Notes: generated by a model not told the origin, from the letters alone. A stretch of DNA of 64,000 nt from Minisyncoccia bacterium (GCA_046293175.1 JBKBPM010000001.1:427446-491445); one strand, 5' to 3'; numbered from the stretch's first letter, positions 8,947-19,998 are shown. Numbers and translations: made by a program.

Positions 8947-11287
8947 CCACTCCCTCGGAGTCGTATACTTTATTTTTGTAAATATCGATTAGCTCACGTG
9001 GGTAGATGAAGTTTAGGTTCGTGCCGTTATGGAACAATGTAGCGTTACCACGAGTAACATTAGCATAGCCTAAGAATATAAATGAGTTGCGACGGGTGAG
9101 ACTTGGGAAGATTTCATTTACCGCAGCAATTTTACTGCGCTCATTTACTTTTTTTGACACATGGCGGTCAGTCTGTACTTCGGATTGGAAGTTAGAATTT
9201 TCAGATTTTTCTGCTTGTTCGTTTAGCCATAACAGACCCTTCACTTCACTGTCATGAATATAGTAATAGTCATAATATGGTCCTGAGTCATTAAGGTGCA
9301 ACAAGGCTTTGTAGCCACCAGTAGTCTGCGTCACGGCACCGGTTGAGATAAGAAAGAACGCTACCACAAATGTTGTAGCCAAGGTTTTGGCCACCTTATC
9401 ACCAAACAGGAAGAAAACGGAGAGCGTACCCATTACCGCATATGGCGCTGTAAGGAAGAGCGACTGCTGGAAAGCTCGTAGCACACCATATTCAACCGAG
9501 AGCACTGGGATGACTACCATGGCAGCCAAAAAGAGAATCCCTGCCCCACTCATAAAAAGATACTCGCTTGGTAACCGCTCACGGTAAAACCGAATCGTAA
9601 AGAGACTGATAAGGAGACCAAGAAGTAAAAATATTTGCAAAAGCTTAGCCGAATTAAATTTAAGTGAGTGGTTGAGACTTAAAACATTTATTCCATAGGA
9701 TTCAAGACGAGTACCGATACTCGTTAGCGGTAAGACTGCATCAGGTAAAAAGGTCGGGGCAAAATCAACAATATTACTTTCGGTGTAGTACGTACCTTCC
9801 GGTGCCCGCGCACGGGCTGGCGCTACTACCTGATCTTTATATGACTGCACAACCTCTTCTGGAGTCATTTTTTTAGTAGAAAACACACTATAGAGCGTAT
9901 CGGTTGAACGAGCACTTTCTGAGTCTTTTAGTACTGCATCATAGGTGCGGGCCAAGACTCGTTTAATACTACTGTCAGAGGTCTGGGTAAAGTAGCTACT
10001 CCACGCAAAACTGAGTCCAATGATGGCAAATAACACAAAAAATGAAATTGGTGGGTGTTTGGCGATCGTATACGTCTTGCCAAGTAAGCCGAGTTTGGCG
10101 AGAAGGCTTCGAAGACCAGGCACCTTTTTGCCAATACGCAAAAACCAGTACCCACCCCACGCGGTCATAAGGAAGATAATCACAATGTAGGTAGTCGAGT
10201 AGTGTGACAAAATGATACCGACACCAAAGAATAAGATGAGAAGACTGCGTATCTTGGTCGACTTTTTTTTATCGAGAATCATCGACACAAGGAGCATAAA
10301 CATCAGAAACGCAATCTCTTGGCGATTGAGCATCGGCATGTCGGTGAAAAAGGTTGGAAACGACACAATCATAAACGATCCGAGAAGTGCTATAAATTGC
10401 GGGAAGAATCGGCTCATGACAATAAATGAAAGGATCGGCACTAATGCAAAAATCACTTGAAAGAGTATCTTGTAAATATAAACATCAGGAATGGTCAGGA
10501 GTTCAGCGAGTATTGTTGGCAAAATCGTGATACTCATGCAGGCATTGTAGGCGTCTTGTAGGTAATCAATCGACCAAACACCGGGGACACGGGTCATTTG
10601 AAAAACATTAAACTCACGCTGAATATCATGCCCCATGATATCCCAACCTCGTAGTGATGTCATGAGAAGGAGGGCAAGCGACTGTAAGTACAGCACTCCC
10701 GTTACTGTCCCAGTTCGGATCCGACGATTGAAGAGTACCAAAACCAACATCAAGGCCGCCATTGAGTACAAATTAAAAAGTGCCACACCCCCACCAAGGT
10801 CATTATTGAGTCGAAGGGCACCCACCACCGCCAATACCACAATCACCAAAGCCCAGCTAAGCACTCCCCAGTCAAGCTTCTTGAGTCGAAACGGCTGCAT
10901 CATGAGTGTCCGATCACGATAGATGGGCCAGAACGAGAGGAGAAATAAAAGAATGGAGTATGAAAAGATCAGGGTGTTGCCAACCAGTGGTGTTACACCA
11001 ACCATTGGCAATACCGCATTAGTAAACAACCCAAACAACATCAGGAGGACAAGGCTTGCACCCACCGCAGCTGCCAGATACAGCCAATCAAAAAACTTTC
11101 TAAATTGAAAACTTTGCAAAAACAAAAAGCCTGGTAACACTACGAGAAGCGGAAAGCCAAAGACGGTTTTTATGAGGATACTATCGACAAAAAAGTACGT
11201 CACCACGAACAGACACCACAAAACGAGACCAATCAAAACGATTGTTCTTTCACGGAAACGATAGAGGCCGAACATTTTGCTTGTCAT
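8933..11287 (-). CDS. DUF2206-like multi-pass membrane protein (possible GT-C)
   Basis: Many TMs; GHDIQREF, YNACMSITILP, RQEIA, SHYST, KVYDSE motifs recalled from DUF2206 proteins. Confidence 0.65.
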   Translation of the reverse strand: MTSKMFGLYRFRERTIVLIGLVLWCLFVVTYFFVDSILIKTVFGFPLLVVLPGFLFLQSFQFRKFFDWLYLAAAVGASLVLLMLFGLFTNAVLPMVGVTPLVGNTLIFSYSILLFLLSFWPIYRDRTLMMQPFRLKKLDWGVLSWALVIVVLAVVGALRLNNDLGGGVALFNLYSMAALMLVLVLFNRRIRTGTVTGVLYLQSLALLLMTSLRGWDIMGHDIQREFNVFQMTRVPGVWSIDYLQDAYNACMSITILPTILAELLTIPDVYIYKILFQVIFALVPILSFIVMSRFFPQFIALLGSFMIVSFPTFFTDMPMLNRQEIAFLMFMLLVSMILDKKKSTKIRSLLILFFGVGIILSHYSTTYIVIIFLMTAWGGYWFLRIGKKVPGLRSLLAKLGLLGKTYTIAKHPPISFFVLFAIIGLSFAWSSYFTQTSDSSIKRVLARTYDAVLKDSESARSTDTLYSVFSTKKMTPEEVVQSYKDQVVAPARARAPEGTYYTESNIVDFAPTFLPDAVLPLTSIGTRLESYGINVLSLNHSLKFNSAKLLQIFLLLGLLISLFTIRFYRERLPSEYLFMSGAGILFLAAMVVIPVLSVEYGVLRAFQQSLFLTAPYAVMGTLSVFFLFGDKVAKTLATTFVVAFFLISTGAVTQTTGGYKALLHLNDSGPYYDYYYIHDSEVKGLLWLNEQAEKSENSNFQSEVQTDRHVSKKVNERSKIAAVNEIFPSLTRRNSFIFLGYANVTRGNATLFHNGTNLNFIYPRELIDIYKNKVYDSEGVVIYR

Positions 11288-11299
11288 AGAGTATTGTAA

Positions 11300-13582
11300 C
11301 TACATGTCATCATATAGTGAGACGGTAGTTGCGACAATCCGATCCCACTGATATTGCTGTACTGTTTTAAGATTATTAGCACTAAAAGTTCGGTATAACA
11401 TCGCGTCGGTTGTAATAGTCCGTACATTCTCCGCAAACGTTGTTTCATTAAAATCGGCAAGCAAACCATTATGCCCCTCTTTAACAACATCAATAGCACC
11501 AAGCACTCGCGTTGCACAAATCGGTAAACCTTTTGCCATGGCTTCAATAAATACAGTACCAAAACTTTCAAAATGAGCTGTGTGCACAAATACATCAGCT
11601 GCAGCATAGGCTTCTTCAAGAGCGCTGCCTTCGAGTCGACCAGACCACGTGACCATATCACTCACCCCAAGTTCTTCTGCATAGGCTTTTAACTCAGCCT
11701 CTTGGGCACCTGATCCAACAATTGTCAAATGGAATTCTCCTTGCTCTTTGAGCACCTTGAGCATACGAAGCATAAAGTGATAGTTCTTTTGCTTATCAAC
11801 GCGACCTACTGCCACAAGCTGTATAACCTCTCCAGTCGACGGTAAAGTGCGCGGTTCTTTGTGTACCACAAAATCGGTAGCATTAGGGATAGTCACAATA
11901 ACCTCCGGGCGTACACCATATTCGCGAATAAGAATATCACGATAGGTCTCGGTCATGATGATACATTTTGTAGCAAAACGCAGTATGAATCGTAAAGGAA
12001 TCTTCTTGTACACGTAGATAAATAACTTCCCAAAGATGTTTTGTGATTCCACAATGGCACGAATATGGAGAATGTATGGCTTGCGACGAATCATGGCCAC
12101 TATCGCAGCCACAATTGGATAAAACGGTTGTGCCACGTGAATATGGAATATATCAGCCTGCACTCGCCACAGTACAAACGGTAGTCTAAAAGAAATTGGT
12201 GTCGTAATAAAAGAAAGTTTTTTGATACGACGAATTCGAATTCCGTCTTCTACCACGTCTCCTGGAGTAGCCCCCATGGATGAGGTAATAATTTCCAGTG
12301 GGATATGTAATGCCTTCAATTTGTACGCAAGCTCTTTGACCCGCTCCTCCATACCACCTAGGCTCGGCGGGTAAGCTGGCACCACCTGCACAATCTTTTT
12401 TGGGTAGCGGGTCAAAAGATTTTTATATACCAACATAAATTTTTTGGTTTGCATTTCCCATGTGTAGTTTTGGGCTTTATGAAGACCTCCGGCGACACAA
12501 ACAGCTCGCACCGAGGGATCGGTAAACATCGTCGTCATGGCCGACGCCAGAGCTGCTGCGTTGCCTGGCTCGACCAACAGTCCGTTTTCACCATCGGTTA
12601 CCAAATTCACTATACCACCAATCCGCGAACCAATAACCGGAACCCCATAGGCCATAGCCTCAAGGAGCACAAGGCCAAAAGACTCAGCCGAACTAACAGA
12701 CGGCAAAACCACTACTCCTGACCGTCGAAACGACGCTGCCAAGGCATCTCCTGCTAGCGGACCAGTAAACACCACTTTTTTTTCAATGCCAAGATCGTGA
12801 GCCATCGCCTGATAGAGTGAAACAGCATTGCCGCTCCCAACTATTTGCAGAATGAGCTCCGGTTTCACTTTAACTACCAAAGCAAATGCTTCAAGCAAGA
12901 TATCAAGCCCTTTCCAGCGCGAACTGAGGTCAATGCGCCCGACATACGTGATAGTGGTACTACGAGGATCAGCCAGTACGCCGTCTGCCGGTAGATGCAC
13001 CCCCGGTGGAATGACCGTTGCTTTGACCGCATTCACTGGTGCGCCAAACATCTCCGTAAGCGTGCTTGGAGAGACGGTTGTAATCGCATCTGCTCTTCTA
13101 AACAATCGCGGTAACACGAATCGCTCGTAAAGAGATAAAATAATATCAATCGGCCATGATCCCTTTTTGAGACTGCCGGCATGGTAAGTCAAGACAAATT
13201 TGCGGCGACCAGCATGCCAAGCAGCCAATTCAGCAAAAAATGGCACCGGGGCATGTGCATGAATAATATCTGGATTGACATCATTGATAACTCGCTTCAT
13301 CGCAGAATAGGTTGCAAACCCAAGTGGTGTGTTCGAGAACAGGAATCGAGCTGGTAGATAATGAACTGAAATACCATCCATTTCTGCAACCCGGTACACG
13401 TTGCCGTCCGGATTTGTGGTCGCTATTGTTACCTTATAAGCACGATTGGTCTGGAGCTGCTTTGCTAGTTCGTAGACATAACGCTCTACTCCACCAATTT
13501 TTGGGTATAAATATGGACTGACTAAAAGCACCTTAATTGGCTCTGGTGGCAAAGTATCAGTAATTGGCTTTGGTGATTCCAT
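11300..13582 (-). CDS. Tandem double GT4 glycosyltransferase
   Basis: Two complete GT4 modules (ESFGLVLLEAMAYG; ESFGTVFIEAMAKG). Confidence 0.88.
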   Translation of the reverse strand: MESPKPITDTLPPEPIKVLLVSPYLYPKIGGVERYVYELAKQLQTNRAYKVTIATTNPDGNVYRVAEMDGISVHYLPARFLFSNTPLGFATYSAMKRVINDVNPDIIHAHAPVPFFAELAAWHAGRRKFVLTYHAGSLKKGSWPIDIILSLYERFVLPRLFRRADAITTVSPSTLTEMFGAPVNAVKATVIPPGVHLPADGVLADPRSTTITYVGRIDLSSRWKGLDILLEAFALVVKVKPELILQIVGSGNAVSLYQAMAHDLGIEKKVVFTGPLAGDALAASFRRSGVVVLPSVSSAESFGLVLLEAMAYGVPVIGSRIGGIVNLVTDGENGLLVEPGNAAALASAMTTMFTDPSVRAVCVAGGLHKAQNYTWEMQTKKFMLVYKNLLTRYPKKIVQVVPAYPPSLGGMEERVKELAYKLKALHIPLEIITSSMGATPGDVVEDGIRIRRIKKLSFITTPISFRLPFVLWRVQADIFHIHVAQPFYPIVAAIVAMIRRKPYILHIRAIVESQNIFGKLFIYVYKKIPLRFILRFATKCIIMTETYRDILIREYGVRPEVIVTIPNATDFVVHKEPRTLPSTGEVIQLVAVGRVDKQKNYHFMLRMLKVLKEQGEFHLTIVGSGAQEAELKAYAEELGVSDMVTWSGRLEGSALEEAYAAADVFVHTAHFESFGTVFIEAMAKGLPICATRVLGAIDVVKEGHNGLLADFNETTFAENVRTITTDAMLYRTFSANNLKTVQQYQWDRIVATTVSLYDDM

Positions 13583-13591
13583 AGTGAGAGA

Positions 13592-14740
13592 TTAGCTGGG
13601 TACCACAACTGGATTTTGAAGCGAATCATACACCGCCAATACGCTTGCAAAATTCGTCTCCCAATCAAAATACTGTTTTGATAGCTGCATTGAGTAGCGA
13701 GACATGGCTTCTAGTCGGTTACTATCCCCGAGCACTGCAAGAATCTGCTCTTTGAATACCGCACTGGAACGTTCGCAAAGCACCAAGAGATTTCGATCAA
13801 TATCATATTCGTTGTAGCCCGGCTCGGCAGTAGCGATAATTGGGAGACCACTAGCCATCGCTTCTTGCATCACGAGGGTAAACATCTCCCCTTCAGCTGG
13901 GAATACAAACAAATCAACTGCTTGGTAGAGCAAAGCGAGCTCTGTCTGAGAACGTGGCCCGAGGAAATGAAAGTTTGGGAGTGAAAGCCATGCTTGCGGC
14001 ACTTCACCACTGCCGACATACACTAAGTCAAACGAGTCATCGAGCGCTTCAAAAAGTATATCGTAACCTTTTTTGGGTACCAAGCGACCAACAAAAAGTA
14101 CGAGCGGGCGATTTGTCGGTAAGCCAAAGTCACGGCGCACAGCCGCCACATCAAAACCAAACTTTTTGTTAAACACTTTGGTCTCAATCCCATTGTGCGT
14201 GAGGAGAATCTTCTCTGCCGGCACGCGGTAATGAAGTAAAAAGTCGCGTACTTGTGGGTTATAGACCACAATCTTCGTTGCGTACGCAAAGAGCATCTTG
14301 CCAAAAATGGCATAAACTGCCTTTTGGATAAACATCACCGCCTGACTAGAGTGCGGCACTATGGCAACGTGCTGTGTCAAAATGAGTGGTTTTCGAAATA
14401 CAAATGCCCAGAACAGTGCAAACCATGACGTCATATAAAACACATCGTGCACGTGCACAGCATCAGCTTGTCGAATAGCACTAAAACTCTTTGTAAGGTA
14501 ACCGAGTCCCACTATTGGAAAGGGGATACCAAAATGTTGATCAAAAAAATTCCACACCTTCGCACGGTACACGCAAACACCTTTCACGACTGTCGTACCG
14601 GCCTGTTCATTAGTGCCTGCACAGGTAACAACAGATACCTCATGACCATGCGTCACGAGGCTCTGTACTTGATTTTCCGCCACAATTTCCAACCCTCCCA
14701 CGTGTGGCGTGTAGTAATGAGAAATGGAGACAATTTTCAT
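13592..14740 (-). CDS. Glycosyltransferase family 4
   Basis: MKIVSISHYYTPHVGGLE start; FVGRLVPKKG; EAMASGLP. Confidence 0.88.
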   Translation of the reverse strand: MKIVSISHYYTPHVGGLEIVAENQVQSLVTHGHEVSVVTCAGTNEQAGTTVVKGVCVYRAKVWNFFDQHFGIPFPIVGLGYLTKSFSAIRQADAVHVHDVFYMTSWFALFWAFVFRKPLILTQHVAIVPHSSQAVMFIQKAVYAIFGKMLFAYATKIVVYNPQVRDFLLHYRVPAEKILLTHNGIETKVFNKKFGFDVAAVRRDFGLPTNRPLVLFVGRLVPKKGYDILFEALDDSFDLVYVGSGEVPQAWLSLPNFHFLGPRSQTELALLYQAVDLFVFPAEGEMFTLVMQEAMASGLPIIATAEPGYNEYDIDRNLLVLCERSSAVFKEQILAVLGDSNRLEAMSRYSMQLSKQYFDWETNFASVLAVYDSLQNPVVVPS

Positions 14741-14742
14741 AG

Positions 14743-15513
14743 TTACACTCTCTGCACCACCACGTCTTCGATCTCTGGAGATAGACCAACCTGCGTCTTT
14801 TTGGTTGGGTTCCAAAAGAGGTTACCAAAAAGTACTTTCATGATTTTGATACCATCAGCAACTGGCCGCAAGTTTGATTTACCAGCGCGGGCATCATAAC
14901 TAATTGGTACGGAAAAGATAGACTCACCGAGCTTCGCCATCTTCGCCACCATTTCGATCTCAATGGTAAAACCTTCTGAGGTAAGATGCGGTGTCATTTT
15001 TCGTACTACATCAGCGTTCCATGCGTAGTAGCCAGTGAGCACATCGGTAGCCTGTACGCCATAAAATACTCGCGCAAGGGTGGTAAACATATGATTGCCA
15101 AAACGGTTAAAAGCAGACATGGCATCATGTTGCATCTTGCCTTTAAGGCGAGAGCCCAGAACCACCGTACAATACCCGGCTTCCAGTGGTTCAATGAGGC
15201 GCATAACCTCACTTGCACGGTAGGTGTCATCACCATCAAGCATTACAACAAAGTCAGTGTCTGGCGAAATCTGCGCAAAAGCCGAGCGCATAGCATTACC
15301 CTTCCCTTTTTTACCTTCAAAATGGACAGTTGCACCATGGCGAGCAGCCACTTCAGCGGTATTATCCTTTGAATTGTTGTCGACAGCGATAATCTCAAAA
15401 TCATACCCTGGGGTGATTTCCGCTACTCTTTTGAAACCATCAATAACTGAACCAACACCGGCAGACTCGTTGTAACATGGGATAAGAATGGTAATTTTTT
15501 TATTGGTTGACAT
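14743..15513 (-). CDS. GT2 polyprenol-phosphate glycosyltransferase (DPM1-like)
   Basis: IPCYNE, DNNSKD, GKGNA, DGDDTY, DVLTGY. Confidence 0.88.
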   Translation of the reverse strand: MSTNKKITILIPCYNESAGVGSVIDGFKRVAEITPGYDFEIIAVDNNSKDNTAEVAARHGATVHFEGKKGKGNAMRSAFAQISPDTDFVVMLDGDDTYRASEVMRLIEPLEAGYCTVVLGSRLKGKMQHDAMSAFNRFGNHMFTTLARVFYGVQATDVLTGYYAWNADVVRKMTPHLTSEGFTIEIEMVAKMAKLGESIFSVPISYDARAGKSNLRPVADGIKIMKVLFGNLFWNPTKKTQVGLSPEIEDVVVQRV

Positions 15514-15531
15514 AGGCTTTTGTGATTTTAT

Positions 15532-15981
15532 TTATTTAATTTTGAAATCAATGGATTTCTGATGGGTGGGTAAGGAGACGTAGACGATACTATTTTTTGG
15601 GTAGTCTTCGACATCGAGCTCTACATCAGTGTAGACGGTCTCGCCGGACTTGACATACAACGATCCTTTGGTGACAGGAAAGGTCTTTTCACCCGCATAG
15701 ACATCAACTGAAAAACTGTAGTTTTGATCAGTGTTTTCATGGTTATAAACCCCAAAAGAGAAACTCTTGAGACTCTTTACATTGTCAAACTCTTCAGCTA
15801 ATGACTCAGGATTAACGAAAAACAAGGCTGTATATGATTCTGGCACTGGGTAAACCCCAATTTTTTTGAAAACCGCATCAAAGTAGCCGAATTCCGCTAA
15901 AAGTAACACTGTAATGAACACACCAACCACAACGGTGGCCATAATTGCTTTTACGAAATAGCGCGAACGCTTGATATCCAT
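15532..15981 (-). CDS. Membrane-anchored hypothetical protein (DUF1616-like)
   Basis: N-terminal TM; PESYTALFF and GVYNHE motifs. Confidence 0.5.
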   Translation of the reverse strand: MDIKRSRYFVKAIMATVVVGVFITVLLLAEFGYFDAVFKKIGVYPVPESYTALFFVNPESLAEEFDNVKSLKSFSFGVYNHENTDQNYSFSVDVYAGEKTFPVTKGSLYVKSGETVYTDVELDVEDYPKNSIVYVSLPTHQKSIDFKIK

Positions 15982-16110
15982 ACCGATTATGTCGGTCTAA
16001 AACATAGCATAACTTAGATATTCTGTCAATATTAAAAGGCGGCATGGTTGCATCCATGCCGCCCGAACAGTTCATAGATTACAAATATCCATCAATGCTG
16101 TTTATAACAC

Positions 16111-16140
16111 GCAAAAACCCGCCTAAAACGGGTTTCTTGC
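16111..16140 (-). terminator. Intrinsic terminator
   Basis: GCAAAAACCCG-cctaaaa-CGGGTTTCTTGC after surface-protein gene. Confidence 0.55.
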
Positions 16141-16156
16141 TCATCAAACGCTTGAT

Positions 16157-18085
16157 TTAGCGCTTAATCAACACATTGGTTGAAAGATTTTCGCCTTCAA
16201 AGCTTGGGTATGGTTCAATACCAGGACACATGATGTCGTTAATCTGCCAACGAGTGGTCTTGTAGACGAATCCGGTTGGACGATTGTGCGGCACAATACC
16301 CTTTTCAAACCATGGCTTGATAACGGTATCAGCGTACTTGGCCTGGAAGAATTTTACATTCGCTTCGGTTGTATCATCAAAGATACCAGTGAGCGGTGTT
16401 ACATAACCCTGGAGGTTAAGGAAGACTTGGAGCTTCAATACCTGGTAGGTATCATTCTCAGTTGCCTTCTGCATGTAATCGTTCAGCCAGAGACCACACT
16501 GGGTGGTAGCACCGAGCACCTGTCCTTGTGGACGCTTTGTACGAGTACCACTTGAACCATTCTTTCGTGGCTTTTCTTCAGTTACCACTTCATTCTTATG
16601 GTTACCAAAGTCACAACGTGTACCCGAATACCATACGTCTTTACTCATATTACTGTCTTGAGACGATAGTTCCATGTCTGGTACAGTGAAGGTACAAGTA
16701 GTTACTTCTTCTTGTGGTACACCATTCTTTTCTACCCCTGTCTGTGTCCAGCCTGACTGAGCAATTTCTGACACAGTCCAAGTACCAGCTGGCACCCAGA
16801 ATTCATAGTCACCATCTTCATCGGTAGTTGTGGTGATGGTATCTTCACCATTTGTAGCTGTGATGGTCCAACCAGCAAGAGTTGGCTCATCCTTGTCCCA
16901 AACGCCATTGGCGTTAAGATCGTTCCACTTTGACCCGGTGAGCTGGTACTCTGGTTCACCATAGTAATAGTTACCAAAATCACAGCGGTATTGGGACTCT
17001 TCTGTTTCTACATCATCTAGTAATACTGAAGTAATTGACTCGTAGAGAATTGGCTCAAAATTTCCAAGTTCGAACGAGCAGTATCCTTCTACTTCATCAT
17101 TATTTTGCCAAACCCCAACCTGTTCCCAATTTGGTCGATCTTCTTCACTAATCATCCAGTCACCAGCTGGTAACTTAAATGAGTAATAGCCGTATTCATT
17201 AGTAATGGTAGTGGTTGAATAATCACCATTTGATGCAGTAATTTCCCAGCCTTCAATACCACCTTCATCACAGTAGTAATCATCTTCAAAATCACCGCGT
17301 GAGAGACTTCGTTCATCATGATACTCATTGTAGTAACATGGGAACTTGTAACCCTCTACTGTGTATGTTGGTTCAGCTTCTTCAGCCACATTCCAGGCTA
17401 CACAGTAGTAAGTAGTATCATCTTCAAGACCACCTACGTAGTCAAAGTTGTCATAATTGAGTACGTCCTTGTGACAGTAGAGCTCGGCAGACACCGGGTT
17501 GTTATTAACCTTACCTGGGTTGTAGGTGAAAGGAATGTAACCGTCTTGGAGTACTTCACGGACCCAGATACCAGTTTCAAAAGCACTTTCTGGAATGGTA
17601 GTTGAGTAACTGAAGGTAGTCCACGGAGCTCCAGCAGGACCAACGAGGGTGTCCCCGGGGTTGCCTGTACTGCCATATGGCGCCCACTCGAACTCCCAAC
17701 CCTTGGCAAAGTAGCAACCTTCGTGTGCTTCTACCCAGTCTTCAGCTGTATCAGCCGTAATATCTGGGTTTTCAGTAGTACTTCCCCAATTTGGGAGGTC
17801 AGCCTCATCATCACAGATAATCTTATCTGCAACGAGTCGAGCAGATGCGACAGATTCATCAATTGGTGCTGTTTTAGCAACTTCTTCAACTGGTTCTTCA
17901 GTATTTTCTGCTGGAGTAGTCACCTCCTCAACTGGAGTTTCAGTGGTTGATGTTTCTACTGGAGGAATTTCTCCTTCAGCATTAGCGACAAAAAAAGCCG
18001 CTGGAAAAGCGCTTAAAACCAAAGATACCGCAGTTAAAAGGGCGACGAAACGAATCGTAATTCGTGGTGCACTTATAGTAAACAT
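16157..18085 (-). CDS. Large acidic surface protein with SdrD-B-like repeats and C-terminal peptidoglycan-binding-like domain
   Basis: Signal peptide; two GW(E/T)ITA..TTT..G.Y.F repeats; KWNDLNANGVWD; GQVLGA + LQVFL..GIFDDTTEANVKFFQ. Confidence 0.7.
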   Translation of the reverse strand: MFTISAPRITIRFVALLTAVSLVLSAFPAAFFVANAEGEIPPVETSTTETPVEEVTTPAENTEEPVEEVAKTAPIDESVASARLVADKIICDDEADLPNWGSTTENPDITADTAEDWVEAHEGCYFAKGWEFEWAPYGSTGNPGDTLVGPAGAPWTTFSYSTTIPESAFETGIWVREVLQDGYIPFTYNPGKVNNNPVSAELYCHKDVLNYDNFDYVGGLEDDTTYYCVAWNVAEEAEPTYTVEGYKFPCYYNEYHDERSLSRGDFEDDYYCDEGGIEGWEITASNGDYSTTTITNEYGYYSFKLPAGDWMISEEDRPNWEQVGVWQNNDEVEGYCSFELGNFEPILYESITSVLLDDVETEESQYRCDFGNYYYGEPEYQLTGSKWNDLNANGVWDKDEPTLAGWTITATNGEDTITTTTDEDGDYEFWVPAGTWTVSEIAQSGWTQTGVEKNGVPQEEVTTCTFTVPDMELSSQDSNMSKDVWYSGTRCDFGNHKNEVVTEEKPRKNGSSGTRTKRPQGQVLGATTQCGLWLNDYMQKATENDTYQVLKLQVFLNLQGYVTPLTGIFDDTTEANVKFFQAKYADTVIKPWFEKGIVPHNRPTGFVYKTTRWQINDIMCPGIEPYPSFEGENLSTNVLIKR

Positions 18086-18286
18086 ACGCTTATATCTCTA
18101 AATATGATAATGGATTTATAAATGGAATATCCAACACTAAGGTGAACTCTAACGCACCTAAGCTTGGGTATTGTACACCCATTTTTTGGACATTTCAAAT
18201 ATACAACATAATATTTGAAAAGTAAATACCCTCTCTTATCCAGGGCTCTATTGTAGCTTTTGCTTAGGGTACGGTATACTAACCAG

Positions 18287-18772
18287 ATGAAAACATCAGC
18301 CTTTTTGGTAATTTGTGGATTATTCACATTGACTAACCTGGTAACTTCCCAAACTGCTATGGCGGCAGAAAAGATCGCCATGACCGTAAGTGGGTCATAT
18401 ACCTTCTTTGCACTTCCTTTCACCCTCACCCCAAATAAGAGTCAAATTGTCGTACCAAAGACCGCTGCGCGTGATACAGCCACCTCATCAAGTGTTGGTT
18501 TTACCCTCAAGACACCTGAAGGACTCCGCCAAACTGGCGGTCAGGCTGTTGGGATGGTAGTAAAAGATGCCAGAACTGATGAATATGTGCTCTATGTCCT
18601 CTATAAAGACACAGTACCATCAGCCCGCGTAAGTACCCTCGCCATCACACATCTACCCTTCCTCCTCGTCAACGCAAAAACTGGTACGAGTAGCCAACAG
18701 CTCAACCCAAGTGAACTACGCAACTTTGTGGTAAAAAACCCGAACGTGAAGAAGCTTACCGACAGCGAGTAA
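18287..18772 (+). CDS. Secreted hypothetical protein
   Basis: Signal peptide MKTSAFLVIC; TATACT 6 nt upstream. Confidence 0.65.
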   Translation: MKTSAFLVICGLFTLTNLVTSQTAMAAEKIAMTVSGSYTFFALPFTLTPNKSQIVVPKTAARDTATSSSVGFTLKTPEGLRQTGGQAVGMVVKDARTDEYVLYVLYKDTVPSARVSTLAITHLPFLLVNAKTGTSSQQLNPSELRNFVVKNPNVKKLTDSE

Positions 18773-18826
18773 GCGCCGTCATCTAAAGACTTGAAAAAGG
18801 AGATTTTTATGCTATAATTTTAGCAT

Positions 18827-19738
18827 ATGAATCCTATTCGACGTCGCCCTGACGCCAATCAGCGCCGCACCAATGGTGTCGGTGGCCCAAAACGCTCAAC
18901 GGAACGGATTGGAAAGTCACGCCCAAAAACTAATAAAACTGCCCCCAAGCGCCGTACCCGGACCAAGCGTCCAGTAAAAGCCCTTGAAGTAGCACCTCAG
19001 ACACCCAAAGCCGCTCCAGCCGTGAGTAACCTCCCTGGTATTCGCCTCAATAAGTACCTGGCTGAGCACCATGTCGCTTCACGACGTGAAGCTGATGTAC
19101 TGATTGCTTCCAAAAAAGTCCGGATTAACGGCAAAATCGCTAAAATCGGCGATCGTGTACAGGAAGGTGACGAAGTTACCCTCGGGGGGCAAACGAAGAG
19201 TAAACGCTACCTCGCCTACTATAAAGGTCGCGGTATTATCACCCACTCACCAGCTGCTAATGAAGTAGATATTGCGACTCGACTCAAGAAGGACTATGGT
19301 ATTACTGACGTCTCACCAGTTGGTCGTCTTGATAAAGACACTGAAGGTCTTATCATTCTCTCAAACGATGGTCGCATCACCGGTCCGCTACTTGATCCAG
19401 AGGCCAATCACGAAAAAGAATACATAGTGACGGTTGACAAAAATGTCACCCCTGCATTCCTCAAGCTCCTTGAGCTTGGGGTGATTATCGAAGGGTATCG
19501 TACTAAGCCTGCCAAAGCAGTAGGCTCACAAAAAAATGCCAAGCGCTTTAATCTCATCATTACGGAAGGTAAAAAGCATCAGATTCGCCGTATGTGTGCT
19601 GCTTTAGGATATCAGGTGGAAAGTTTGAAACGCGTCCGCGTTATGAATATTGAACTTGGTGCCTTAAAGCCAAACCAGTACCGTAAGATTGGCGATAACG
19701 AACTGAAGCTGTTTTTAAGTGAACTTGGACTCGCTTAG
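18827..19738 (+). CDS. 23S rRNA pseudouridine synthase (RluB/RluF family)
   Basis: S4 domain RLNKYLA..SRREAD; GRLDKDTEGL; EGKKHQIRRM. Confidence 0.92.
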   Translation: MNPIRRRPDANQRRTNGVGGPKRSTERIGKSRPKTNKTAPKRRTRTKRPVKALEVAPQTPKAAPAVSNLPGIRLNKYLAEHHVASRREADVLIASKKVRINGKIAKIGDRVQEGDEVTLGGQTKSKRYLAYYKGRGIITHSPAANEVDIATRLKKDYGITDVSPVGRLDKDTEGLIILSNDGRITGPLLDPEANHEKEYIVTVDKNVTPAFLKLLELGVIIEGYRTKPAKAVGSQKNAKRFNLIITEGKKHQIRRMCAALGYQVESLKRVRVMNIELGALKPNQYRKIGDNELKLFLSELGLA

Positions 19739-19752
19739 ATAATTACGCAAGT

Positions 19753-19782
19753 AAAGGGCGACAGCACGTGCTGTCGCCCTTT
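19753..19782. terminator. Bidirectional terminator (30-bp perfect palindrome)
   Basis: AAAGGGCGACAGCACGTGCTGTCGCCCTTT between convergent genes. Confidence 0.75.
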
Positions 19783-19788
19783 TGCGCT

Positions 19789-19998
19789 TCAGATCAAAAA
19801 TGAAAGGCAGGTCAGGAACACTTCTGCCGTTGGATCATCCGCCGCATAGATCCAGCGGAGATACTCGATATCAGTCGCGTTCATGATCGTGGGACCAAAG
19901 TTCGTGAGCATGCCACCCACCCGTACTTCAAACATGCACTGTGGTGGTGGAATCTGGGCTTGACCGAACAGGTCACGTAACGCCTGCAATATATCCAT
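19789..19998 (-). CDS. Small orphan protein
   Basis: AAGGAGG SD; TTGTCG-17-TATACT promoter upstream. Confidence 0.6.
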   Translation of the reverse strand: MDILQALRDLFGQAQIPPPQCMFEVRVGGMLTNFGPTIMNATDIEYLRWIYAADDPTAEVFLTCLSFLI

